DNA of 64,000 nt from a virus, in the IMG/VR virus record IMGVR_UViG_3300025887_000010, positions 62,863-126,862 of that record; one strand, given 5' to 3'. Below the pieces are notes generated by a model. It ran no database searches, was not told where the DNA came from, and worked only from the letters and a program-made list of their open reading frames with translations. Below, in pieces: positions 48,067 to 55,834 of the stretch (position 1 is its first letter; each line of letters starts with the position of its first letter). The position numbers were made by a program, and so were the translations under genes.

Positions 48067-48519
48067 ATGAAAAATCCATCAAAGAATGCCGACGAGATCA
48101 ATCGCTATCGCATTAATTTCGATATGATGCTTCATGTCTTCGAGAATGGGAGCAGAAAATCAGGTCGAACCTATCGAACGATTCACAATCTTCAACCGAA
48201 TGATGTGCTCGTTGTTCCGACACATTCATGTGCTCGTCACTACTCATATGAAATCTCCAAGCTTGTGAAACCTATCGACCATGTCCATATCTTGGTGCAC
48301 GACGTTAATAAGGATGGTCGATTGATTGATTACGTTCACAGTGAGTTTCGTGGAAAAGAGAAAATTGGAGAACTGGTTTTGTCCCACGATTGGATACACA
48401 CGTACTACGATTTTCGTCTGCGTAACCTCGCATATGAACTCGACGACATCACTAGCCTTTACCCAGAATTTACGCCAAAAGAAAGTTGCCTGTTTGAGCA
48501 AAAAGTAGTGTACATTTAG
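48067..48519 (+). CDS. Hypothetical protein (start revised)
   Basis: AAAGGA RBS before ATG 48067. Confidence 0.7.
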   Translation: MKNPSKNADEINRYRINFDMMLHVFENGSRKSGRTYRTIHNLQPNDVLVVPTHSCARHYSYEISKLVKPIDHVHILVHDVNKDGRLIDYVHSEFRGKEKIGELVLSHDWIHTYYDFRLRNLAYELDDITSLYPEFTPKESCLFEQKVVYI

Positions 48520-48537
48520 CACAAAATTTGATATTCT
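48508..48537 (+). promoter_or_regulatory. Early promoter
   Basis: GTGTAC-N18-TATTCT; spacer similar to that of the 2831 promoter. Confidence 0.85.
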
Positions 48538-48564
48538 AAAACTACAAAACAAAGGATATCAAAC

Positions 48565-48804
48565 ATGCAAACACTCTCGCTAATCAAGACCATGACTGCA
48601 GAAGAAGCCATTTCCGATGGTTGCAATCTTCATTCTGAAACCTTTCGTGTTCATGTGTACTTGCATGACAATATCGTAATTCTTGAAGAAGGCCACAGCG
48701 GTTTCTCTGTAACCACTCACATCGGTGAAGTTCGCAATGTACCAAAGAAAACCGCGATTAATTTTGTCCTTGGCTCCTCGAATGCCAAACTGGAGATGAA
48801 CTAA
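48565..48804 (+). CDS. Hypothetical protein
   Basis: 79 aa with RBS. Confidence 0.7.
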   Translation: MQTLSLIKTMTAEEAISDGCNLHSETFRVHVYLHDNIVILEEGHSGFSVTTHIGEVRNVPKKTAINFVLGSSNAKLEMN

Positions 48805-49136
48805 TGTCGAAGATGATTGATCGCCCGTCAGTTGGAGAGACAGATGGTCTCACTGATGGAATTGCATACCATCAAGCTCGTGGAAAGATCACGCGTCGTG
48901 TTGATTGGACCACACCTGGTCTGAAGCTCACACGTTTGCGTCTTCTGTCAGACCCTGGCTATCCTCGCTGGGATGTATCGTACTGCCACGGCATTCTCGA
49001 TGGTGAAGATGTCAACGTGCTTCTCCCATTCTCCGATCTTCCGAAGAAGGGCATGCGCACATACCTCATTCAGGAAGCGAAGAATACCAATTGCTACGTC
49101 GATGGTCTCATGTCCTGCATATCCACCCTCTGCTGA
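48804..49136 (+). CDS. Hypothetical protein
   Basis: 110 aa, TAATG overlap. Confidence 0.75.
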   Translation: MSKMIDRPSVGETDGLTDGIAYHQARGKITRRVDWTTPGLKLTRLRLLSDPGYPRWDVSYCHGILDGEDVNVLLPFSDLPKKGMRTYLIQEAKNTNCYVDGLMSCISTLC

Positions 49137-49166
49137 ACCTTTTTGTCAAACCGTTTGCATTTAGCT

Positions 49167-49196
49167 GTGTACATCGCATCATAGATGTGTTACATT
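49167..49196 (+). promoter_or_regulatory. Early promoter
   Basis: GTGTAC-N18-TACATT. Confidence 0.8.
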
Positions 49197-49232
49197 GAAT
49201 CATAAGCTAAATCAAAACAAACGGAGAATATC

Positions 49233-49480
49233 ATGCCGAAGAAAGTTTTTGCAATCCGTGGATCAGAAGATGGACTAATCGCTGTTTCTGTTCAGTCACA
49301 AAGGCAGTACAGAGAGCAAAATGATATCTCGGTCAGTCATCAGAAGGTTACGACTTCTCCCCTGAAGACAAAGCAGAGATCAAGAAGCTTCGCGCTGGAA
49401 AGACAATGTTCGTTTCGTTCTTCAGTGACAACACCACATCATGCGACATCGAAGCATTTACCTGCTCTAAGGAGACACTA
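49233..49480 (+). pseudogene. Disrupted accessory gene (frameshift near 49285 plus in-frame TGA at 49322)
   Basis: MPKKVFAIRGSEDGLIAV continues naturally in the shifted frame as (F)CSVTKAVQRAK*YLGQSSEGYDFSPEDKAEIKKLRAGK... Confidence 0.5.
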
Positions 49481-50002
49481 ATGACCAGACCCACTGAAGG
49501 AAAATTAATGCCTGACCGAATCAATTTCGGACAGCATCAATCCATGTCCATGAGTGAACTGACCTTTCGCTATGAGCAAGATCGCGAAAAACCTCGTGCG
49601 AATCCTTATGGCTACAGGAAGGTTCTGCATTTCTTTCTCCCTGAATGGCAGCGTGGATTCGTTTGGACTGAAGATCAGAGTATTTCGTTCATCGAGAGTG
49701 CATGGAAAGGAATGAACCTTGGGACATATACGATCAATTCGGACATCAGCTTCACAGGTCCTCTTCACAACCTCGTGATTGATGGTCAGCAGCGGCTTAA
49801 AGCTGTCCAGGACTACCTTGACGACAAATTCCCTGTTTTCGGTTATCGCTATTCCGAGATCACCGAGATTGATGAAAGGTCTTTCGACAACCGCACATTT
49901 GCCCGTTTCAAGACTGAAACGAGAGACGAAGACTATCTTCGCATGTACTACAATCTCACCAACTTCGCAGGCACAGCACACAATGAAGGAGAACAAGCAT
50001 GA
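49481..50002 (+). CDS. Stand-alone DUF262 (GmrS/ParB-like) protein
   Basis: LPEWQRGFVWT..Q...FIES, VIDGQQRL, LYYN.TNFAGT; TAAGGAG RBS. Confidence 0.85.
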   Translation: MTRPTEGKLMPDRINFGQHQSMSMSELTFRYEQDREKPRANPYGYRKVLHFFLPEWQRGFVWTEDQSISFIESAWKGMNLGTYTINSDISFTGPLHNLVIDGQQRLKAVQDYLDDKFPVFGYRYSEITEIDERSFDNRTFARFKTETRDEDYLRMYYNLTNFAGTAHNEGEQA

Positions 50003-50835
50003 GAACAGCACTCTTGGATGGACAACACGAGGTCTTCCCGATCGCTGACTTCAAAGAGCATGAAGAATACTTCGAATGGCAGCAACAACTGGTCGACGAC
50101 GATGTTAAGCGTCTGATTCGCAATGCAATTCCATCAGATAGATGGAATCACTATTATGGGAAGTGTGCAAAAGCTATTCATAGCATGGCATTGTTGAAGA
50201 TGCAGTTCAATAAGGCAGCACCTTTGATTGCGCACACGTTGGCTATCAATGAGTACCATTCACTAACGCTGATGAATGTCGCTAAATGCATCAAAGGTGG
50301 CAATGAAAAGGTCACAATCATCAACAAGAACGGTGGATTCCATGAAGTCTCTCATGATCGTCTTTCATACTTCAAGCTGTTTCATCGAGACTCAATCAAC
50401 AATGTCACAATCATCGAAGGCTCTTCGGTTCTCGTCCTCGAAAACGATCCTGAGCTCGACGAGTGGACGAAGAAGAACCTCGAAGTTCCACACTCTTCGA
50501 TCACGAGTCTTCGAAAGCTCAGTAATGAACAGCTTCGTGACGCGATGGCTGAATTCTGCAACCAGGTGCCTGATCGCACTAGCGCAACACTGTTTGTCTA
50601 CACGACAGGCCTCGACCAAGACCAAATGCACGAGTACGTCGAAGCTGCACTCTTGAAAGGCATCAACAAGTTCGTGTTCGTGAAGCCCTTCGTCGACGAC
50701 TACAATCCATCATTCAAGCACATCAAGGAGTTCATTCTCAAGCCTGGAAGTCTTCTTCGAATCTGCAAGATTTTCGACGATCCATCAGCGAAGAAGGATA
50801 TCAACACCTTTCTGAGGAGTCTTCTTATATCGTGA
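49999..50835 (+). CDS. Hypothetical protein
   Basis: 278 aa; the C-terminal half begins with a receiver-like VLVLEND. Confidence 0.8.
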   Translation: MRTALLDGQHEVFPIADFKEHEEYFEWQQQLVDDDVKRLIRNAIPSDRWNHYYGKCAKAIHSMALLKMQFNKAAPLIAHTLAINEYHSLTLMNVAKCIKGGNEKVTIINKNGGFHEVSHDRLSYFKLFHRDSINNVTIIEGSSVLVLENDPELDEWTKKNLEVPHSSITSLRKLSNEQLRDAMAEFCNQVPDRTSATLFVYTTGLDQDQMHEYVEAALLKGINKFVFVKPFVDDYNPSFKHIKEFILKPGSLLRICKIFDDPSAKKDINTFLRSLLIS

Positions 50836-51242
50836 CGAAGTTGAAAGTCGGAGACAAGAGCTACACTGCGGTCTATGGAGCACATGCGAAGATCGAATTC
50901 TGGGAGTACGAACTTCGCACCATACGAACTCACCGTGGATTTCGATACGGCTACTGGTGGAACAAGCTCAAGGGTGTTACGTGGGGAAAGGTTTCCAAAC
51001 GACATTTTGATTATGGGTGGCTTCCAGGATCATGGGTTGGGTGGAGAGTGCAACACCCTATTGATGCAGGTAGACCATACTCTGCATCAAAAATCGGTGC
51101 TGTTGCTGTAGAGTTGGCAGATGTTAGGAGATTGATCAGCGAATACGGAGAAAATTGTGACTTCAATGAAGAAGGCTACACTCTCCGAGATCAATTGAAT
51201 TCCCTTATTCGAGTGCAAAAGAGACTGCGTTCTTCAAAATGA
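50832..51242 (+). CDS. Hypothetical protein
   Basis: GTGA overlap, GAGGAG RBS. Confidence 0.75.
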   Translation: MTKLKVGDKSYTAVYGAHAKIEFWEYELRTIRTHRGFRYGYWWNKLKGVTWGKVSKRHFDYGWLPGSWVGWRVQHPIDAGRPYSASKIGAVAVELADVRRLISEYGENCDFNEEGYTLRDQLNSLIRVQKRLRSSK

Positions 51243-51244
51243 CT

Positions 51245-51274
51245 GTGTACAATCTGTCCCATCTGTGATATGAT
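51245..51274 (+). promoter_or_regulatory. Early promoter
   Basis: GTGTAC-N18-TATGAT. Confidence 0.85.
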
Positions 51275-51300
51275 GGATTTATCAAACAAAGGACTCAATC

Positions 51301-51951
51301 ATGGTGAACATTTTCGCTGTCGACAGTGACCCAGTCGCTGCTGCTCAAGCTCTATACGACAAACATGTCGTCAAAATGCCTATCGAATCCCTTCAAATGC
51401 TCAGTGCGATTCATCGTGTCTGTGATGGTACTGAATGTGAAGTTGACTCCGTTTACTTCGCATGGAAAGACACTTCGAAGGTCTACAAAAAGCCTCGAAA
51501 GTTCATGATGCTTCCAAGTTTCGGCGAATCTGTTATGGAGGTTCGTGGTGACTCAGGAGTTTCAAGCCGTAAACGTGTGGTTGCTCAAGTCTACCTCATG
51601 GCACATCGAAATCACCCATGCACTCTCTGGGCACGTGAAACAACTACGAATTACGAATGGCTAAGCAAGCACACTGAGGCATTGTTCGCAGAATACACTT
51701 ATAGATACGGAAAGCATCACACATCGTTCAAAGTGTACGATCAATTCCTAAGAAACCCACCGAGTAACATACCTCATGGCGACCTTACTCCATTCGCTCT
51801 CGCCATGAAAAGCTATCCACAATGCGTCGTTGAAGGAAATCCAATTCAGTCGTACATCAACTACTACAATCTCAAGCCGAGTCTTCTCAAGCATCCAATG
51901 TGCTGGAAGAACCGCGTACCTCCAATCTGGTTCGAAGGAAACAACAAATGA
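51301..51951 (+). CDS. denV-like: Pyrimidine-dimer DNA glycosylase / endonuclease V-family protein
   Basis: MVNIF..D.DP..AAQ...DKHVVKMPIESLQML, HRNHPCTLWARE...NY.WL, EYTYRYGKHH, YINYY. Confidence 0.85.
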   Translation: MVNIFAVDSDPVAAAQALYDKHVVKMPIESLQMLSAIHRVCDGTECEVDSVYFAWKDTSKVYKKPRKFMMLPSFGESVMEVRGDSGVSSRKRVVAQVYLMAHRNHPCTLWARETTTNYEWLSKHTEALFAEYTYRYGKHHTSFKVYDQFLRNPPSNIPHGDLTPFALAMKSYPQCVVEGNPIQSYINYYNLKPSLLKHPMCWKNRVPPIWFEGNNK

Positions 51952-53258
51952 TTGAAATCGACAACCCATCAAAAGTCACCATCTGCGTCATCGGACTCGG
52001 CTACGTAGGTCTTCCACTTGCAATCGCATTTGCGGAAGCAGGATTTGTCGTCCACGGATACGACACCAATAAGGCGAGAGTACATGACCTCTGCATCGGG
52101 ACTGACAAGACGAACGAAGTCACGAGCACCCAATTGAAAGACCTCGACATCCACTTCACAAGTTTCGAGTCGTCTGTTCCATGCGACGCCGACTTTTACA
52201 TCATTGCAGTTCCGACAGGTGTTACTTCTGACAATCTTCCTGATTTCACACCTCTCATCTCTGCTTCCGAAATGGTTGGTCGATGTCTTGGTGTCCGCTC
52301 ATGTGAAGATCAGCCGATCGTCATCTACGAATCGACCGTCTACCCTGGTGCAACTGAAGAAATTTGCATCACTGCGATCGAAGACACATCTGGCTGGTTT
52401 CGTGATTCAGACTTCGGATTTGGCTACAGTCCTGAACGGCTGAAACCCAACGAAATGGGCAAAGGCATGAAGGATCGCATCAAGCTCACATCGGGCTCAA
52501 ACGAGTATGTAGCCGAACTTGTCGACCAACTCTATAAGACGATCATCACAGCTGGCACATACAAGTGCCCATCCATCCAAGTGGCTGAATCATCGAAGCT
52601 CATTGAAAACACTCAGCGTGACATCAACATTGCGTTCATGAACGAATTGTCCCGTTTTTTCAACGCAACTGGCATCGACACCGCTGAAGTGCTTCAAGCT
52701 GCACGAACGAAAGACGACTTCATCGATCTCAAACCTGGACTGGTTGGTGGTCATTGCATCAGCATTGATCCGTTCTACCTGATCAATCGTGCTTCTCAGT
52801 ACGGCGTCAAGATGAACATGACGAAGCTTGCACGACAGATCAACAACGACGAGATTGTGGAGGATATCTTCAACGCATACATTGGTCTGAAGTCCGTCCG
52901 TGAAATTGACGAAGCGAAGACACTCATCCTTGGTTTCGCATTCAAAGAGAACTGCGCTGACTATCGTGACACTCGTGTAGCACAGATCGCCGAAATGATC
53001 CAATCATGTGGAGATCACGTCGACATCTTTGACCCGGTGATTGATCGTGAAAGAGTGGAAGCCGACTACCCACAACTCAACTTCATATGGGGTGAAGGCA
53101 TCAAATCTGATGATGCGTATGACGCAGTCATTCTCGCAGTTCCTCATGAACTTTTTGTAGATTATGGTACTGATTCCCATATTGTCGATTCCGAGAACAG
53201 AATCTTCATCGACATCAAGGGTGTGCTGCCGAAAGAAATGTCTGATTTTCGACTTTGA
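51948..53258 (+). CDS. UDP-N-acetylhexosamine/UDP-glucose 6-dehydrogenase (TviB/WbpO/WecC family)
   Basis: VIGLGYVGLPLA, IIAVPT, YESTVYPGATEE, GYSPER, AESSKLIENTQRDINIAFMNE, PGLVGGHCISIDP (catalytic Cys), LGFAFKENC.D.R. Confidence 0.93.
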   Translation: MIEIDNPSKVTICVIGLGYVGLPLAIAFAEAGFVVHGYDTNKARVHDLCIGTDKTNEVTSTQLKDLDIHFTSFESSVPCDADFYIIAVPTGVTSDNLPDFTPLISASEMVGRCLGVRSCEDQPIVIYESTVYPGATEEICITAIEDTSGWFRDSDFGFGYSPERLKPNEMGKGMKDRIKLTSGSNEYVAELVDQLYKTIITAGTYKCPSIQVAESSKLIENTQRDINIAFMNELSRFFNATGIDTAEVLQAARTKDDFIDLKPGLVGGHCISIDPFYLINRASQYGVKMNMTKLARQINNDEIVEDIFNAYIGLKSVREIDEAKTLILGFAFKENCADYRDTRVAQIAEMIQSCGDHVDIFDPVIDRERVEADYPQLNFIWGEGIKSDDAYDAVILAVPHELFVDYGTDSHIVDSENRIFIDIKGVLPKEMSDFRL

Positions 53259-53260
53259 TT

Positions 53261-53290
53261 GTGTACAAATAGTTCGTAGTGTGTTAGAAT
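53261..53290 (+). promoter_or_regulatory. Early promoter with no ORF before the next promoter
   Basis: GTGTAC-N18-TAGAAT; transcribes into the repeated element. Confidence 0.8.
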
Positions 53291-53304
53291 GGTTTGTTCT
53301 GAAC

Positions 53305-53424
53305 ATTACGAGACAAAACTGACACACAGATGCTTATCAGGAGTACTCAGTGATTCGCTGGGTACTCCGTTCGTATTTGATGAATGATATATTGTCAATC
53401 TGCTCAAGAGACTCAGCGAGCTTC
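53305..53424 (+). repeat. Conserved intergenic element, copy 3 (with extended left flank)
   Basis: ATTACGAGACAAAACTGAC...TCAGGAGTACTCAGTGATTCGCTGGGTACTCC...TTGATGAATGATATATTGTCAA...GACTCAGCGAGCTTC. Confidence 0.9.
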
Positions 53425-53452
53425 ATTTAATTTGTGTTTCTGCAAATGAGTT

Positions 53453-53482
53453 GTGTACATTTATCAACCTTTATGATATTCT
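53453..53482 (+). promoter_or_regulatory. Early promoter
   Basis: GTGTAC-N18-TATTCT; leader shared with the 40557 promoter. Confidence 0.85.
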
Positions 53483-53521
53483 ATAATTACAGAAACAATA
53501 AAACAAACCAAAGGAATTCGA

Positions 53522-53761
53522 ATGTCAAGAGAGTCACTCTACAGTTCAAATGTCAAACGTCGCGAACGTCCTACTGAAGGAAAAGTTATGCGGGGAGTTG
53601 GTAACATGATCCAACGCCACAATGAAAATGATGCTGAAGAGCGTAAAGCTGCTGAAAAAGCCCGTATGGAAAAGGCCAAAGCAAAGGTTGAAGCACGCCG
53701 CAAAGCTGGAAGCTCTCTTGCACACCTCAACAAGTTGCGTTATGGAGAGGACCTCGGCTAA
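53522..53761 (+). CDS. Hypothetical basic/helical protein
   Basis: 79 aa with RBS. Confidence 0.7.
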   Translation: MSRESLYSSNVKRRERPTEGKVMRGVGNMIQRHNENDAEERKAAEKARMEKAKAKVEARRKAGSSLAHLNKLRYGEDLG

Positions 53762-53804
53762 ACGATCTCCCATTGATGGAAATCTAATCAACAGGAATTT
53801 GAAT

Positions 53805-53960
53805 ATGACTTATCGCAATCGCATTTCCAAGTCCCGCAGACTCTCAACAAAGGCGAAAAGATTGAAATCTCTCTGGGAGACTACAAAGCAGAACATCAGC
53901 TTCAGTACGAGAAGTCCTACAAATCTGATACCATCAATCCTCATACTGGAGCATATATGA
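53805..53960 (+). CDS. Hypothetical basic protein
   Basis: AGGA RBS; ATGA overlap with the next gene. Confidence 0.45.
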   Translation: MTYRNRISKSRRLSTKAKRLKSLWETTKQNISFSTRSPTNLIPSILILEHI

Positions 53961-54235
53961 GTAGTGGAGCTGGAGTAGAGCTTAAAGCCTTGAAGAAGTT
54001 TCACCGTTCATACGGAAAGAAACTTATCCAAGAGTGTCTGCTCGAAATTGAAGATGCACGCTGCAAGGATACATGCTTCGAATATATGGAATACGACGAA
54101 GATCACCATGAATATTTCCCAACGTATGCTTCTCCATATCCCACATACCGCGGCACGTTTTCAGAGTTAACTGCTAACAGCATCATAAGCCACAGATTTC
54201 TTGAAGCTATCAACGAAGCTAAAAAGGATCTGTGA
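53957..54235 (+). CDS. Hypothetical protein
   Basis: 92 aa. Confidence 0.65.
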   Translation: MSSGAGVELKALKKFHRSYGKKLIQECLLEIEDARCKDTCFEYMEYDEDHHEYFPTYASPYPTYRGTFSELTANSIISHRFLEAINEAKKDL

Positions 54236-54254
54236 ATTCACAGGAGGAATCATC

Positions 54255-54683
54255 ATGAACCATCTTCACGAAAAAGCATTCATTGGTCTTCAAGATATGA
54301 ATGGAACGGACATACATGAAGGTGACATAGTCGTCTATCACCTTCAAGGTAACCATACGATGAAGGAATATTGGAACCCTGTCTATAAAGTGGTCTTTAT
54401 TCCTCCTTCATTCACACTTGAGCATATTGGAGGTGGTAAATGTAGTGGAAGCCTGGAATTTAAGCTTAAGAGCGGCGGAAAGAACACAGTTCTGGAAATT
54501 CTCAAAAACTGGGAGAAAACTGTTGATGACCCATCCACGCTCGAAGAAATTGTTGATTATCTCATTCCATCACTCGAGCAAATCATCTCAGGTAAAATGC
54601 CGCCAAACACATTCGCTCCAGACGTTTTAGCGCTCAAGAAAGCTCTCAGAAAACGTGCAGAGCAACCAATTCCTGCAGACTAA
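54255..54683 (+). CDS. YopX-like protein
   Basis: IGLQDMNGTDIHEGDIV motif; AGGAGG RBS. Confidence 0.65.
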   Translation: MNHLHEKAFIGLQDMNGTDIHEGDIVVYHLQGNHTMKEYWNPVYKVVFIPPSFTLEHIGGGKCSGSLEFKLKSGGKNTVLEILKNWEKTVDDPSTLEEIVDYLIPSLEQIISGKMPPNTFAPDVLALKKALRKRAEQPIPAD

Positions 54684-54774
54684 AGCAGGATAGAAGAGAA
54701 TTCAATCTCTTCGATTTCGCACCTGATGGAATTTCCCTTTAGGTTAACCTCAACTCATCGAAAGTGAGAAACAA

Positions 54775-55593
54775 ATGAAAACCATTATCAAACTCGCAGC
54801 GGCCTTCATGATGTGTGGATCTGCTTTATCCGCCGGAGGATTGGCACCACCAATCACAAACACTCTGCAAACGTCTGTAGACCTCGGATGGTCTGGTGCA
54901 TATGGTGGTGCAATCATGCGTCATTCAGAACAAACCCGTTCTTACAGTGAAGATTTTGACATCCTTGAAGAACGCAGCATCTATACATTCGAGTGTTTGT
55001 CCGGAGAAGAGCACGGCACTCGCAAGTGTTTGACTCCTGATGAGCATCTCGACAGTTCTGAGATCGCAGCGCTTCCACGTGGAGATCAGCCATGGAAGCA
55101 TGAGCAGCTCGATCCAGGACCGATTGCATACACCGCAGGATACGGTGATGGTATCTGGATGCAGCCTGATTCGTCGTTCGTGTACACAACAGGGTCGAAC
55201 TTTGTTCCTGATCCTGTGGGTAATCGTGCCGAATTGCGCCAAGGTGGGACAGTTACATTCTTTGATGTCGTTGACACCGTGACAAACACATGGACTGAAA
55301 CATCGACCGAACAAACTGCTGGCTTCTATACTGGATATCGCATTGAAGTGGGCTATGACTTCCTGATCGGTTTTGAAGGTCAGCTCGTCAAAGATCAAAA
55401 TGCTGGACTTTTGACCATTGCCTACGATGCTGGTCGTTTCCTTCCGCAATTTGGTGTCGGATCAGGCGATGACGGTAAAATGTATCAAATCAGCACCGAC
55501 TTCAAGATCGTGGAAAAAGTGTCTGTGGGTGTCGCAGCAAGCAAAACAGACCACAACGAAAACGTTGATATTCGCTTCGGCTTCCTATTCTAG
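54775..55593 (+). CDS. Outer-membrane beta-barrel protein (Omp25/RopB-like) with a large inserted loop
   Basis: Signal peptide, AGGLAPP, GWSGAYGG, AYDAGRFLP, terminal IRFGFLF (C-terminal Phe). Confidence 0.7.
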   Translation: MKTIIKLAAAFMMCGSALSAGGLAPPITNTLQTSVDLGWSGAYGGAIMRHSEQTRSYSEDFDILEERSIYTFECLSGEEHGTRKCLTPDEHLDSSEIAALPRGDQPWKHEQLDPGPIAYTAGYGDGIWMQPDSSFVYTTGSNFVPDPVGNRAELRQGGTVTFFDVVDTVTNTWTETSTEQTAGFYTGYRIEVGYDFLIGFEGQLVKDQNAGLLTIAYDAGRFLPQFGVGSGDDGKMYQISTDFKIVEKVSVGVAASKTDHNENVDIRFGFLF

Positions 55594-55619
55594 GTCGATC
55601 TGAACATCACAAATCAATC

Positions 55620-55649
55620 ATGGCAGCAAGTCTTTCGATTTGTTGCCAT
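55620..55649. terminator. Terminator between convergent genes
   Basis: ATGGCAGCAAGTC-TTTC-GATTTGTTGCCAT. Confidence 0.75.
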
Positions 55650-55834
55650 TGTTGTCAAAAGCGATATCCGAATTTGTCGATTTCCCACGAAAAATGCTTC
55701 CTTACGTGGTTAGCCAGCTTATGGTCTAAGTATTCTCTGTAGTGCTTGTCGACCTTTGATTGGCATTGAGGTGCGGCAACTCTCCCATCTTGAAAATTTG
55801 CCATTCCTTTTGCAGGATTTCGCCGCCATTATGG

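Noticed and set aside
53360-53400. TTGACA on the minus strand within the repeated element as a sigma70 promoter
   Set aside because: No conserved -10 lies 17 nt downstream (TACGAA, CGGCAG, CTGGCA in the three copies)
53417-53425. GAGCTTCA as a T4 MotA box (middle promoter)
   Set aside because: It resembles TGCTTYA, but no -10 hexamer follows at the required spacing in any copy
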